The notes: generated by a model not told the origin, from the sequence alone. A stretch of DNA of 64,000 bases from Nostoc sp. DedSLP01 (GCA_034530875.2 JAVRCJ020000001.1:288001-352000), one strand, 5' to 3'. Counted from the first letter of the stretch, positions 1 to 11,533 are shown. Program-made: numbers and translations.

Positions 1-39
1 TTTACATTTAATTATGCCTACTACTTAGACAATAAAAGT

Positions 40-1962
40 ATGGAAATTTTAGAAACAATCGGTTTTGATTTGGGGCACGGCGAGACAGCTGTAGCTAAAG
101 CGATAGTCCAAAGCATTGAACCTCCGCAAATGCTTGAGATTAATAATAAGAAAAATCAAATTACAGCCCTTGGTTGGCATCCTCAACTTGGTTATCTTGT
201 TGGAGAACAAGCATTAATTCAAGCTGGGGTTAGTCAGTTGATAATCTCTTTCAAGCAAAAACCAAATAACGATCCAAATTACAGAAAAACAATTTGTACT
301 TTTCTCGCTACCTATTATCACCAACTCAAAGAAACTAGACAAATTGAAGGCGAAGAAAATAGCTATTTTTATGTTGGTTGTCCTTCAGGATGGTCAACTA
401 GCGATCGCGAAGCATACCAAAAACTACTTCAAGAAGCTGGCATTCCTCTACTTAACGTTGTACCTGAATCGCGGGCTGCTTTTATGCAAGCTAAGGAAGC
501 AGGGAAACTAGAGTATGAAAAACTACGTTCTTCAGTACTAATTGTTGATATTGGCTCATCTACCACAGATTTTACTTTGGTGAAAACTTTATCGGAAGTG
601 CCGATAGATTTTGGCAGTAATGCATTAGGAGCATCTTTAATTGACAAGGCTATTTTTGAGCGTACTCTCGCCAATCATGAAGAATCAAACTTACTCAAAA
701 AAGTATTTGTAGAATATCCCCATCACCAAGCCCGCTGCGAACTTGCCTGCCGCAAAGCCAAAGAAGATTACTTTTCTAACGAACAGTTATACAGCGATCC
801 TCAATCTTTTGCTCGTGGTTTCGAGTCGATTAACGAACAAATTTACTTTATTCCCCAAATCAATAAATTAATTATTGAGGAAATTTTAAATCAACCTTTA
901 GTTGAACTAGGGCAAAAAAGTTGGCTCGATTCGTTTCGTAACTCTGTAAGCGAAGCGAAACAACAATTAGAACAACTGACTATCGTACCGAAATTAGTGC
1001 TGATGACTGGCGGTGCATCCCGAATGAAATTTACCCAAGTTATTTGCGAGGAAATTTTTAGCGAACCGGAAACTTTACTTCGCCCCGATCCCGAACCAGA
1101 ACGGTGCATTGCCTTGGGATTAGCGCGAGTCGGGCGATGGGATTTGCGTGCTAGTGCTTTCAAACAAGAAGTAAATAAACTTTTGGATTCACAAAAGCTC
1201 AAACAGCTGATTGAGAAACATATTCCAGAGTTAATTAAATTATTAATTGAGCCACTAGCAGATGGTTTGTTAGAAAACGCAGTTAGGCCAGGAGTAAAGG
1301 ACTGGCAAAAAAACCAAATTCGCACCTTAGCAGATTTGGAAGCATCCATGAAAACCCGTGCTGAAAATTGGTTGCAAAGCGATCGCTCTCAACAAATAAT
1401 TAACAAACAATGCATCAGTTGGTTTAACAATAAAATTCAACCTGACTTAGCCGCCGAAACCGATCCTATATGCCGCAAATTTCAAATACCGAGAAGCAGT
1501 TTAAGATTTGAGGAGAGTATAGAGCCAACTTTTGTTAACCCAGAATTACGAATTGGAGATGCTATTCTTGCCGACACGGTAGCGTTGATTGTTAATGTAT
1601 TAATTGGTGGCGGTACTATAGCCAGTATCATCACTTTAATATTAACTGGACACTTAACTTGGCCAATTGCATTAGTATACGGAGCTTCAGTAATTGCAGC
1701 AGGAATGGAGCTAAATCGCAAGACTGTGCAAGAAGCAATCAAGACAAATTTGGATATTCCAAGTTGGATTCGTTCTAATTTTTTGAACGATAGAAAAATT
1801 GATGATATGTGTCAGCAAATTAAGCCTGAGTTAGAGAACGTTCTTCAAGAACAACTAACAGCCAATCAACAAGCCTTTGACGAACTAATTGCAAAAGTTG
1901 AGCAAGGACTTCAAAAAGCTCTTACTGCCAAAGTTCAAGAAGCAATAATCCTCATCCAGTAA
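40..1962 (+). CDS. Atypical Hsp70/actin-fold ATPase with C-terminal hydrophobic hairpin
   Basis: Motifs GFDLGHGET, VPESRAA, IVDIGSSTTD and LMTGGASRM follow the Hsp70 NBD pattern. There is no canonical DnaK substrate-binding domain. A hydrophobic segment lies at about aa 510-555. Confidence 0.8.
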   Translation: MEILETIGFDLGHGETAVAKAIVQSIEPPQMLEINNKKNQITALGWHPQLGYLVGEQALIQAGVSQLIISFKQKPNNDPNYRKTICTFLATYYHQLKETRQIEGEENSYFYVGCPSGWSTSDREAYQKLLQEAGIPLLNVVPESRAAFMQAKEAGKLEYEKLRSSVLIVDIGSSTTDFTLVKTLSEVPIDFGSNALGASLIDKAIFERTLANHEESNLLKKVFVEYPHHQARCELACRKAKEDYFSNEQLYSDPQSFARGFESINEQIYFIPQINKLIIEEILNQPLVELGQKSWLDSFRNSVSEAKQQLEQLTIVPKLVLMTGGASRMKFTQVICEEIFSEPETLLRPDPEPERCIALGLARVGRWDLRASAFKQEVNKLLDSQKLKQLIEKHIPELIKLLIEPLADGLLENAVRPGVKDWQKNQIRTLADLEASMKTRAENWLQSDRSQQIINKQCISWFNNKIQPDLAAETDPICRKFQIPRSSLRFEESIEPTFVNPELRIGDAILADTVALIVNVLIGGGTIASIITLILTGHLTWPIALVYGASVIAAGMELNRKTVQEAIKTNLDIPSWIRSNFLNDRKIDDMCQQIKPELENVLQEQLTANQQAFDELIAKVEQGLQKALTAKVQEAIILIQ

Positions 1963-2639
1963 ACTAAAGATTTTTGGGCATATTTTATTTGCTATATTTG
2001 GTGTCAATTTAACGTGATTTCGACGGCGATCGCGGAAGCAAAAAGCTTGTTATGAAAGGAATAAGAGCAATTGACCCTAAAGACTTGCCTGCACTACCTA
2101 CCTCCTGCGCTGTTTTAGCTCCGTCGAACTCACGTTACTATGACTTCGCCTCTGCCATTAGTCGCTCTATTGCTGACAATGGTTGCTCGGCGGGAATATG
2201 GCTTATGAGGTCAGCAAGATTACTCGATAAATCCGAGCGATCGCTAAACACAAAATCCCTGTTTTCTTGGGCTGTCAAATCAACCGGGGAACCAAACAAC
2301 TGCTGACACAAGTCCCAACCGTCATTTACTTCTCAACTGTGGCGAAATCTTCGAGGTGTGCGACCAGTTGATTATGCTTTACCGTGATGCTGTCTCAAAA
2401 CCGACGACTCAAACCTTCATTCTTTCGTCAACTGACAAAAGTTTTCGATCTACTGACTTTGACTCGCAAAATATAAAGCATATACAAAGCTCAGTGCTTA
2501 TGTATAGATTTATTAGCAAGTAATATAAAGAATATGCAAAGATATCTGTCTAAATCTACAAATCTAAGTAAATACTCTAGATTGATTTAGTATGATGTTA
2601 TCTGAAGATATTTCCTATTTGTAAGCTAAATACCCAAGG

Positions 2640-2668
2640 GCGTTGGCGAAGCCCGCCGAAGGCATCGC
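2640..2668. repeat. 21-nt small dispersed repeat inserted into a HIP1 site (SDR-type)
   Basis: GCG|TTGGCGAAGCCCGCCGAAGGC|ATCGC; removing 2643-2663 restores GCGATCGC. Confidence 0.75.
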
Positions 2669-3128
2669 CTACAAAAAAGGCATAGAGATTATTTCTCCTA
2701 TTCTTGTCAAGTGTTCCCTATTTTCAAACTAGTACGACTTAAGCATTCGCCCAACCAATTTATCAAATTTTGGTTTGGGACATTCGAGCTTGGCTTTTCA
2801 ACCGTTCTTCAGTAATGTTAAGGCTAAATGCTTAATAATACTATTGAAGAAAGATACTTAAAACAAGCCTGAAACTAGTTGTTTTTGTGAATCTACATCC
2901 TCATAAATGTATACGGCGCTTAAGACGTAGATAGCCCTCAATAGTTGGATAAATACACTACTTGCAAGCAACTTAAAAGGAGATTTTTCCTCAAAAATTT
3001 CTAATATTCCAACGTGATATAAGGTATGCCGAAATATGATGCTTTCGGCGAAATTTTGTGCGCTCAAATAGCACTCACAGCAAATTGAGAACTTCATTTA
3101 CCGTAAAAATCGATTCAGGTAGGAAAAA

Positions 3129-6100
3129 GTGATGTCAAATATCATTGGAAGCAACGCAAACGATACCCTAAATGGTAGTAGTGACGCCGACACAATTAAT
3201 GGCAAAGCTGGGAATGATGTCATTGATGCTCAGGGAGGCGACGACACCTTAACAGGTGGGGGTGGCAAGGATACGTTTGTTTACAACAGATACTTTGTCG
3301 ATAATAGTGACGGCACTGATATTATTACTGATTTCAATGGTGTGGGTAAAGGAACAAACCCAACAGCACCAGTCATTGCTGAAGTTGATACCATACAATT
3401 TATTGGGGAAGGGTTGACTGCGCGAAATCTGCTGCTGACGCAGAATGCTAGCAATTTAGAAATCAGTTTTGATGGAGCAAATGAAGTCAAAGTTATCTTG
3501 CAAAACTTCAAACTAGAAGATTTGGATAACTTGAAAGCTTCTGGTAGTATCCCAGCTATTGGCAATATTATCTTTAATGGGCAAACTACCATTACCGATA
3601 GCTTTAATGTTCTAGATGCCAACTCTACCGATACGAGCATCGGCATTGCCAACACGGTTACCTTCTTTAATGACTTAGACAACAACATTACAGGTTTAGA
3701 TAACTCAGATGATGTCATTAATGGTCAGGGAGGTAATGACAAAATCGATGGTTTAAGTGGCAACGACCTGCTGCGTGGTGGTGCGGGGAATGATACTCTC
3801 ATTGGCGGTCTGGGAAATGATACCCTCGTTGAGGTCACTGGCAATAACTCTCTTGTTGGTGGTGCTGGTGACGATAGCTTAAAAGTTGACTATTCAACAG
3901 GCGATAACACCCTCAACGGTGGTGCTGGTAACGATAGATTAAACGCTCAGGCTTCACAAGGTAATAACTTACTTTTTGGCGAGGATGGGAATGATACTCT
4001 TGACGCCTCTTACCTAAGTAGTGACTACGGATACGGCTATACTCCAACCTTAGGCAATAACACCCTCTACGGTGGCGCTGGTGACGATACTTTACTTGCT
4101 CTGACTCCCAAAGGCAATAGATTCCTTTCTGGGGACGATGGCAACGATCGCCTCTCAGTCTCTGGGTTTGATGCTTATAGATCTTACTATAGTTTTAGCT
4201 CCTCAGGTAATAATACCCTCAACGGTGGTGCTGGTAACGATACATTGCTTGCTGAGTATTCAACAGGCAATAACCTACTTTCTGGTGGCGATGGCAATGA
4301 TTTTCTAGACATCTCTGGCTATGTCATCGGAACCAGTGCTGGAGATTTTTACGATCCCACTTCAGGTAATAACACCCTCAACGGTGGGGCTGGTAACGAT
4401 ACGTTGCTTGCTGACTATTCAACAGGCAATAACTTACTCTCTGGTGGCGATGGCAATGATTCCTTTTATCTAAATACTTTACTTGGTGATACTTTAGCAA
4501 TTCAAACAGTAGATGGAGGAAAGGATGACGATTTGTTGTCTGTCGATGGCAGCATTGCTAACCAAGCAATCACTTCGACATACAATGCCACTGCTAATAC
4601 TGGAGTAATTAAAACGGGCAAGTATCAAGTTAACTACAAAAATATCGAACGATTAAATATCTTAGGTACACAGTACAATGACAACATTTTGGGGAGCAAT
4701 GGCAACGATACACTCTCCCCAGGCAATGGTGGCAAAGACACCATAGATGGGGGTAAGGGTGACGATGTAGTGTTCGTTGATTACCGAAACGCTACAAAAA
4801 AAATCACAACAACATTTAATGCCACCACTAATACTGGCTCAATTACGGCAGGCACTTATCAGGTTACCTACAAGAATATCGAACGATTAAACATTTTAGG
4901 TACAGCCTACGATGACAAGATTGTGGGCAACAATGGCAATGATACGCTTTCTACAGGCAGTGGCGGCAAAGACACAATAGATGGCGGTCAAGGTGACGAT
5001 GTGCTGTCAGTCGATTACTACAGTAATACGACAGGTATTACAACGACATACAATGCCACTACTAACACTGGAGCAATTACAGCAGGCAATAATCGGGTTA
5101 GTTACAAGAATATCGAACGATTAAATATCTTTGGTACAGCTTTCGATGACAAAATTTTAGGGAACAATGGCAACGATACGCTCTTTGGGGGCTATGACGG
5201 TAATGATACGATTATTGGCGGTGCAGGTAATGATGTTCTAAAAGGTGGGAAGGGTAACGACACCTTAACTGGTGGTTCCGGCAATGATAAATTTGTTTAC
5301 GACTTGTTAGAGAGCGGCTATGAAATCGGTACTGATATAATCACAGATTTTGATGCCTCCTTAGACACTTTGCAATTTATAGATAACAGTAGCTTCCCTC
5401 TATTTACTGCTCAAAATCTGCAATTAAATCAAAATGGTAACAATTTAGAAATCACCTTTGAAGATTTATCTAATAATAATACTGGCAAAGTCATTCTCCA
5501 AAATTTCCAGTTAGAAAACCTTGATGGTGAGAATATCCTGTTTACTGGGCAAACCGGCATCAGCGAGAGTATTGATGTGTTTGATGCTAATTCCACTCAA
5601 ACTAGCCTGTTGAACAAAAACGCTGTTACCTTCCTTAATGACCTCAACAACAACATTACGGGTTTTGACAACTCCAATGATGTGGTGAATGGTCAGGGGG
5701 GTGACGATATCATCAACGGCTTAAGTGGTAACGATCTTTTGAGAGGTAATGCCGGAAATGATACTCTCATTGGCGATACCGGAAATGATACTCTCATTGG
5801 CGGTGCCGGAAATAATAGCCTTGAAGGTGGTACTGGTGACGATATATTGAGCGCTAGGGGTTCAACAGGCAATAATACTCTCAATGGAGGTGCAGGTAAC
5901 GATACATTAGATGGTGTGGCTTCAACAGGCAATAACCTGCTCGTTGGCGGCGATGGCAATGATTATCTTGACATCTCTGGCCGCTACTACACCGACGACT
6001 ATAGCTCCCCCTCCGACTCTCGCACTTTAGGCAATAATACCCTCAATGGAGGTATAGGTGACGATAGGCTAAGTGCTAGCGGTTCAAAAGGCAATAATCT

Positions 6101-7064
6101 GCTCTCTGGTGGCAATGGCAATGATTATCTTGACATCTCTGGCCGCTACTCCAACGACTATGGCTTCATCTCCGACTCTCGCACTTTAGGCAATAACACC
6201 CTCAATGGAGGTGTAGGTGACGATACATTGAAAGCTAGCGGTTCAAAAGGTAATAACCTGCTTATTGGGGGCGATGGCAATGATTATCTTGATATCTCTG
6301 GCGACTACAGCTACTACGCCTCCTATGACTACTCCGACTCTCGCCCCTCTGGTAATAATACCCTCAATGGAGGTGCTGGTAACGATAACTTGAGCGTTAG
6401 CAGTTCAAGAGGCGATAATTTCCTCTCTGGGGGCGATGGCAATGATTCCTTCGATGTAATCACTAATTTCGTAGATACTGACTTACCTGATTTAGTGATT
6501 CAAACAGTAGATGGAGGTAATGGTGATGATTCGTTGTTGACTATTTACAACGTTGCTTCTAAGGGAATTACTTCGACATTCAATGCTACTACTAACACTG
6601 GCTCAATTACAGTGGGTAAGTATCAGATTAACTACAATAATATCGAACAATTAAATATCTCAGGTACGGACAATAATGACTCGATTGTTGGGAGCAATGG
6701 CAATGATACCCTTAATGGTGTAAACGGTAATGATAGCCTTTTTGGAGGAGCTGGCACTGATACTTTTGGTTTCTATAATTACAATGTGGGTGTTGACACT
6801 ATTTATGACTTCAACGCTACTAATGAACTAATCCAGGTATATGGTTTTAGTTTTGGTGGCGGCTTATCAACAGGCTCACTTCAGGCGAGTCAGTTCACCA
6901 TTGGAACATCTGCAACCACAAGTAGTCAGCGATTTATTTATAACTCGACTACAGGTGCATTGTTCTTTGACCAAGATGGCAGTGCGGGTGCGTTTACTCA
7001 AGTACAATTTGCACAACTAGCTACTGGTTTATCACTAACCAACAACAATTTTGTGGTTGTTTAA
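3129..7064 (+). CDS. RTX/hemolysin-type calcium-binding repeat protein (probable T1SS substrate)
   Basis: Dozens of GGxGxDxL nonapeptides, internal duplicated blocks, and a typical cyanobacterial C-terminus (RFIYNSTTGALFFDQDG...NFVVV). Start is GTG 3129 or ATG 3132. Confidence 0.93.
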   Translation: MMSNIIGSNANDTLNGSSDADTINGKAGNDVIDAQGGDDTLTGGGGKDTFVYNRYFVDNSDGTDIITDFNGVGKGTNPTAPVIAEVDTIQFIGEGLTARNLLLTQNASNLEISFDGANEVKVILQNFKLEDLDNLKASGSIPAIGNIIFNGQTTITDSFNVLDANSTDTSIGIANTVTFFNDLDNNITGLDNSDDVINGQGGNDKIDGLSGNDLLRGGAGNDTLIGGLGNDTLVEVTGNNSLVGGAGDDSLKVDYSTGDNTLNGGAGNDRLNAQASQGNNLLFGEDGNDTLDASYLSSDYGYGYTPTLGNNTLYGGAGDDTLLALTPKGNRFLSGDDGNDRLSVSGFDAYRSYYSFSSSGNNTLNGGAGNDTLLAEYSTGNNLLSGGDGNDFLDISGYVIGTSAGDFYDPTSGNNTLNGGAGNDTLLADYSTGNNLLSGGDGNDSFYLNTLLGDTLAIQTVDGGKDDDLLSVDGSIANQAITSTYNATANTGVIKTGKYQVNYKNIERLNILGTQYNDNILGSNGNDTLSPGNGGKDTIDGGKGDDVVFVDYRNATKKITTTFNATTNTGSITAGTYQVTYKNIERLNILGTAYDDKIVGNNGNDTLSTGSGGKDTIDGGQGDDVLSVDYYSNTTGITTTYNATTNTGAITAGNNRVSYKNIERLNIFGTAFDDKILGNNGNDTLFGGYDGNDTIIGGAGNDVLKGGKGNDTLTGGSGNDKFVYDLLESGYEIGTDIITDFDASLDTLQFIDNSSFPLFTAQNLQLNQNGNNLEITFEDLSNNNTGKVILQNFQLENLDGENILFTGQTGISESIDVFDANSTQTSLLNKNAVTFLNDLNNNITGFDNSNDVVNGQGGDDIINGLSGNDLLRGNAGNDTLIGDTGNDTLIGGAGNNSLEGGTGDDILSARGSTGNNTLNGGAGNDTLDGVASTGNNLLVGGDGNDYLDISGRYYTDDYSSPSDSRTLGNNTLNGGIGDDRLSASGSKGNNLLSGGNGNDYLDISGRYSNDYGFISDSRTLGNNTLNGGVGDDTLKASGSKGNNLLIGGDGNDYLDISGDYSYYASYDYSDSRPSGNNTLNGGAGNDNLSVSSSRGDNFLSGGDGNDSFDVITNFVDTDLPDLVIQTVDGGNGDDSLLTIYNVASKGITSTFNATTNTGSITVGKYQINYNNIEQLNISGTDNNDSIVGSNGNDTLNGVNGNDSLFGGAGTDTFGFYNYNVGVDTIYDFNATNELIQVYGFSFGGGLSTGSLQASQFTIGTSATTSSQRFIYNSTTGALFFDQDGSAGAFTQVQFAQLATGLSLTNNNFVVV

Positions 7065-7213
7065 AGTTAATTAGCACTCTATTCTAATCTCAGCAGACAG
7101 AGTAACTAATATTGTGAATGTGAAGTACTATTTTAGACACTTCACACTCACTTCCAAAAATCAATTCTCAGATGCTTCCTTGCTGCGCTGTAGGCATGTG
7201 TGCGAACAAAAAT

Positions 7214-7410
7214 ATATAGCGATCGCATTTGATTCATAGAAATTACTTGCGTAGTACGTGTTCGCGTTGGCGTTGGCGTTGGCGAAGCCTCTCGTAGAGA
7301 AGCCTCTCGCACAGAAGCGCAGCACAAACACGATCGGCTCTTAACACAGAACAGAAGACAAGGCACAAGAGGTGTGCCTTGTTTTCCAAAAACCAAATAG
7401 AAATCCTGTA
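7214..7410. mobile_element. Degenerate MITE-like element with nested small repeats
   Basis: Ends (ATAGCGATCGCATTTGATT ... AACCAAATAGAAATCCTGTA) resemble those of the 19831 element. Internally it has (GCGTTG)3 followed by two GAAGCCTCTCG copies. Confidence 0.45.
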
Positions 7411-7651
7411 CTGTTTTATTATTCCTTGAGTATATATTTCTGTGGTACATCTGCTGTTCTCAGATTTAACAAAGTTCTGTCTTGCTCACGGCTCAGGAAT
7501 ACTCTTAAACGAGCGCCCATATCTATTAGTTACCTCGGCAGATTTATTCTCCGTATTTACTTATTTTCACAGAGTTCGGTTTTTTCGTGCCTACCTATTT
7601 ACTTTATTTCATCCTAATAGCAAAGAAGATAACTGATAACTCTTTTTACGT

Positions 7652-8809
7652 TCAACATTCTCTGATTCCTGCTAATTGATGAATCTGTTGAGTGTACCAG
7701 ATAATTTCAAGCATTCCCTCATCCATGTGCGTATTTGGTGTTAGCTGTGGTTGTAGATTAATCTTTTCAGTTCGACCGGTCAAAAGTTGTATTGGAAAAT
7801 CTGGTACAACTGCCAAAGGTCTTGCTAAACCAATCACATCCACACTGCCTTCAGAAATTGCTTGTACCATAGCATTAACTGAGCGAAAGCCCCCAGTCAA
7901 CATAATTGGAATAGAAACAATTGAGCGCACTCGGCGAACATATTCTAAAAAATAAGCTTCTCGTTGCCTTGTAGTTTCTTTTTGAGGAATTTGTACCTGA
8001 CCCATCATTGCTAATTTTTCGTAAGTCCCACCAGATATTTCGATTAAATCAACACCAACTTGTTCTAAAGCTTGGACAACATTCATAGATTCTTCTTCAG
8101 TAAACCCACCTCGTTGAAAATCAGCAGAATTTAGTTTGACACTAATCGGGAAGTCCTTCCCAAGACAGTTACGTATTCCTTGATATACTTCTAACAAGAA
8201 ATGCATACGCTTTTCTGGTGTTCCTCCCCAGCAATCGGTACGTAAATTAGAAAGAGGAGATAAAAACTGATTAATCAAATAGCCATGAGCTGCATGAATT
8301 TGTATGCCAGTAAAACCAACTTTTTTGGCAACTGTTGCTGTATAAATGTGACGCTCAATTAATTGTTCAATCTCGGCTGAAGTCAATGCTCTAGGGTCAG
8401 CGAAGTCTTGAGCGGGTAGTTGTAGTGGAACTGAAGATGGTGCGACTGGTTGAGATGATAAATAGCTTGGAGATTGTCGTCCCGGATGGTTAATCTGCAT
8501 CCAGACATGACCTGCTTTTGTCTTGCTTGCAGTTGCCCATTGTTCTAGTAGTGATAAATGTTGTTCATCCTCAATTACAATGTCATTTGGTAAAACCAGT
8601 GCCATTCGATCGATCATTACATTGCCTGTAATCAATAATCCTGCTCCTCCTAATGCCCATCTTTTATATAAGCGAATTATTTCTGGTGTTGGAGCATTAT
8701 TAATATCACCTAATTGCTCATTCATGGCAGCTTTAGCTATACGATTTGGTAATTGCGCTCCACAGGCTAGTTTTAATGGTTGGTTGAGAATTGCAACTTT
8801 GTTTTCCAT
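7652..8809 (-). CDS. NADH:flavin oxidoreductase / old yellow enzyme family
   Basis: Motifs NRIAKAAMNE, QINHPGRQ, IHAAHGYLINQFLSP and KLNSADF. Confidence 0.92.
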   Translation of the reverse strand: MENKVAILNQPLKLACGAQLPNRIAKAAMNEQLGDINNAPTPEIIRLYKRWALGGAGLLITGNVMIDRMALVLPNDIVIEDEQHLSLLEQWATASKTKAGHVWMQINHPGRQSPSYLSSQPVAPSSVPLQLPAQDFADPRALTSAEIEQLIERHIYTATVAKKVGFTGIQIHAAHGYLINQFLSPLSNLRTDCWGGTPEKRMHFLLEVYQGIRNCLGKDFPISVKLNSADFQRGGFTEEESMNVVQALEQVGVDLIEISGGTYEKLAMMGQVQIPQKETTRQREAYFLEYVRRVRSIVSIPIMLTGGFRSVNAMVQAISEGSVDVIGLARPLAVVPDFPIQLLTGRTEKINLQPQLTPNTHMDEGMLEIIWYTQQIHQLAGIREC

Positions 8810-9047
8810 AGCTAGAACTTAGATAAATTTCCAACAGCATTTGGATCTGACGATAGAGTTTATTCTCACATGGCGACTGGTAGTGCTGAAATCTTGACCC
8901 TTAAGAAAAAAAAATCCTCACAAGCTTACCTTGATGTGTCCTAGTTTTGGATGGTTTACTTCTTATATTACTTCTGTCCTCCTCTGCTACCCCTCATGAT
9001 TGGATATTTTTTATTTGGAAGTCCCTAAGCGGATTCGAGGGAGTGTG

Positions 9048-10436
9048 TCAAAACTTTGAAAACAGTAGATTTAATCCCTCAGTCATGGTGGGATGGGTCA
9101 AAATGCTATCACGCAAAACAGTGTAAGGCATCTGAGCCTGCATAACCATTTGCACTGTTGAGATCGCTTCACCTGCTTCATGACAGAATAAGGAACATCC
9201 AAGAATATGACCTGTTTCGGTCTCCACGATCGCTTTCATCACTCCATCAGTTTGACCCAATGTTCTGGCTCTGGGAATAGCTGATACATCCAGTTTTGCT
9301 ACTCGAATAGCATAGCCTTGTTGCCTTGCTTCAGTTTCGGTCAAACCTATATGAGCCAGTTCTGGATCGATGAATAGACAAGATGGAATTAATCGACCTC
9401 GCGTGCTGCGGTTACCGCCATCAATCAAATTTGCTTTGACAATGCGGTAGTCGTCGAGTGAAGCATGGGTAAATTGCGCTCCGCCATTAATGTCACCTAA
9501 TGCCCAGATATTCGGTACGTTGGTTTCTAAGCGATCGCTAACTGGAATAAATCCGCGCTCATCGGTTGCTACACCCGCAGCAGCTAAATTGAGAGTATCA
9601 GTAGTAGGCGCACGACCGACAGCAACAAGCAAATGTGAGCTTTGAAGCTTGATTTCCCCATCGGCAACCTGAATTTGCAGTTGAGTTAAATTGTCAACGC
9701 GATCGACTCGCAAAACTTTCGCATTCAGCAGAAATTCAATACCATCCCGTTCTAGGAGAGATTGAACGGCGATCGCCATATCTGGATCTTGTTGCGATAA
9801 AATTTGCTCGCTTTGTCCAATTACGGTGACGCGCGAGCCAAAGCGCCGGAACATCTGGGCAAATTCCAACCCAATGTAACCGCTACCAAGAACAATCAGG
9901 TGTTCAGGCAACTGTTCTAACTCCATGATGGATTCACTGGTGAGAAAACCAGTTTCTTGGAGTCCAGGTATAGCTGGAATGAGCGGTCGCGTACCTGTAT
10001 TAATGAAAAATCTTTCAGCAGCCAGAAAACGAGTAGTACCTTCAGCAGTTGTTACTTCAATAGTTTTGGGAGCTACAAAGTTTGCACTACCAATAATCAA
10101 CTCGTGACCTAAAGCGGTTTCTAAGTTGTGCAAATTCATCTGCCGCATAGATTGCACAACTGAGCGTTTACGCTGAATAACTGCGGCTAAATCAACAATG
10201 GGTGCATTGTTGTTAACTCCATAAGCAGCACTAGTGCGAACTACATTTGCCACCTTGGCACTGGCAACCATCGTTTTAGTGGGAATGCAAGCAACGTTAA
10301 TACAGGTGCCACCAATCATGGTTAAACTGCGTTCTACCAAAGCTGTTTTCCTTCCGGCTGTAACTAATGCGGGTGCTAAGGTTTTGCCAGCTTTGCCGCC
10401 ACCGATAATAATATCGTCGTCGTAATCAGCGTTCAT
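9048..10436 (-). CDS. Flavoprotein disulfide oxidoreductase (RclA/MerA-like)
   Basis: GGGKAG FAD motif, redox GGTCINVACIPTK, GSGYIGLE, and C-terminal THPTMTE. No C-terminal Cys pair. Confidence 0.88.
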   Translation of the reverse strand: MNADYDDDIIIGGGKAGKTLAPALVTAGRKTALVERSLTMIGGTCINVACIPTKTMVASAKVANVVRTSAAYGVNNNAPIVDLAAVIQRKRSVVQSMRQMNLHNLETALGHELIIGSANFVAPKTIEVTTAEGTTRFLAAERFFINTGTRPLIPAIPGLQETGFLTSESIMELEQLPEHLIVLGSGYIGLEFAQMFRRFGSRVTVIGQSEQILSQQDPDMAIAVQSLLERDGIEFLLNAKVLRVDRVDNLTQLQIQVADGEIKLQSSHLLVAVGRAPTTDTLNLAAAGVATDERGFIPVSDRLETNVPNIWALGDINGGAQFTHASLDDYRIVKANLIDGGNRSTRGRLIPSCLFIDPELAHIGLTETEARQQGYAIRVAKLDVSAIPRARTLGQTDGVMKAIVETETGHILGCSLFCHEAGEAISTVQMVMQAQMPYTVLRDSILTHPTMTEGLNLLFSKF

Positions 10437-10531
10437 TGACCTTTCCTCTTTAGTTTGGCTTTAGGGCTACAGCTTTGTTTGTGGATCAAACGGTATTGGC
10501 AATACACCCAAAATCGATCGATGCTTAATGT

Positions 10532-11533
10532 CTAATGCTTTAAGACAATTCGATAACGAGCTTTTCCTGCTTGTAGATGAGCGATCGCTTCATTTACTTG
10601 GCTAAAATCAAAAGTCTCTGTCACAGGTTCAATGCCATGACGCGCAGCAAAGTCGATCATTTTTGCTATTGTTACTGGGCTACCGGTAGGGCTACCCGAT
10701 AGAGATTTTTGCCCAAAAAGTAAGGGAAACACACTCAGTTGAATTGGATTCGGTACGGCTCCTACAAAATGTAACCGTCCTTTGGGACGCAGTGCATTAA
10801 TGTATGTTGCCCAGTCTAAATCTGCATTTACTGTTGAGAGAATCAAATCAAACGAGTTGGTAACAGACTCAATCGCTTTGGGATCGCGAGAGTTAACAAA
10901 ATGATTAGCTCCTAACTCACGGGCTTCAGATTCTTTATTTGGATTGCTTGAAAATGCCGTGACATCACATCCCCAAGCTTTTAAAAACCGCAGTGCCAGA
11001 TGTCCAAGCCCACCGATACCAATTACACCAACTCTATCGGTTGGCTTGACATCGAATTGAACAATCGGGTTGAACACAGTAACACCTCCACAGAACAGCG
11101 GCCCTACCTTAGCAGGATCGACTGCTTCTGGCAGAGGAATCACCCATTCTTCATGGGCGCGTACCTTGTCAGCGAATCCGCCATATCGACCAACGATCGT
11201 TTGCTCTAGAGTTAGGCATAAGTTGTGATCGCCCGACATACAATATTCGCAGTGCATACAAGAATGGGAAGACCAACCCAATCCAACACGCTGACCGACT
11301 TTGAGAGTGGTCACGCGATCGCCAACTGCTGCGATCGTTCCCACAACTTCATGACCAGGCACAAAGGGATACTCGCTGAAACCCCAGTCATTTTTGAGCA
11401 TACTCAGGTCGCTATGGCACAGTCCGCAATATTCAACATTAATTTCTACTTCTTGGTCTTTCAGCACACCTGGATCGTATTCAAATGGTTCTAGTGCTGC
11501 ACCTACTGTTTTAGCTGCATAAGCGTGAATCAT
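10532..11533 (-). CDS. NADPH-dependent Zn aldehyde reductase / alcohol dehydrogenase (Ahr/YjgB-like)
   Basis: Motifs CGLCHSD, GHEVVG, structural Zn CxxCxxC...C, and GIGGLGH. Likely start is ATG 11533 (MIHAYAA), after a CAGGAA RBS. Confidence 0.9.
   Translation of the reverse strand: MIHAYAAKTVGAALEPFEYDPGVLKDQEVEINVEYCGLCHSDLSMLKNDWGFSEYPFVPGHEVVGTIAAVGDRVTTLKVGQRVGLGWSSHSCMHCEYCMSGDHNLCLTLEQTIVGRYGGFADKVRAHEEWVIPLPEAVDPAKVGPLFCGGVTVFNPIVQFDVKPTDRVGVIGIGGLGHLALRFLKAWGCDVTAFSSNPNKESEARELGANHFVNSRDPKAIESVTNSFDLILSTVNADLDWATYINALRPKGRLHFVGAVPNPIQLSVFPLLFGQKSLSGSPTGSPVTIAKMIDFAARHGIEPVTETFDFSQVNEAIAHLQAGKARYRIVLKH

Noticed and set aside
2052..2420. 84-aa plus-strand ORF and a short minus-strand open stretch
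   Set aside because: No recognisable motif or good start. It may be a gene remnant but cannot be supported.
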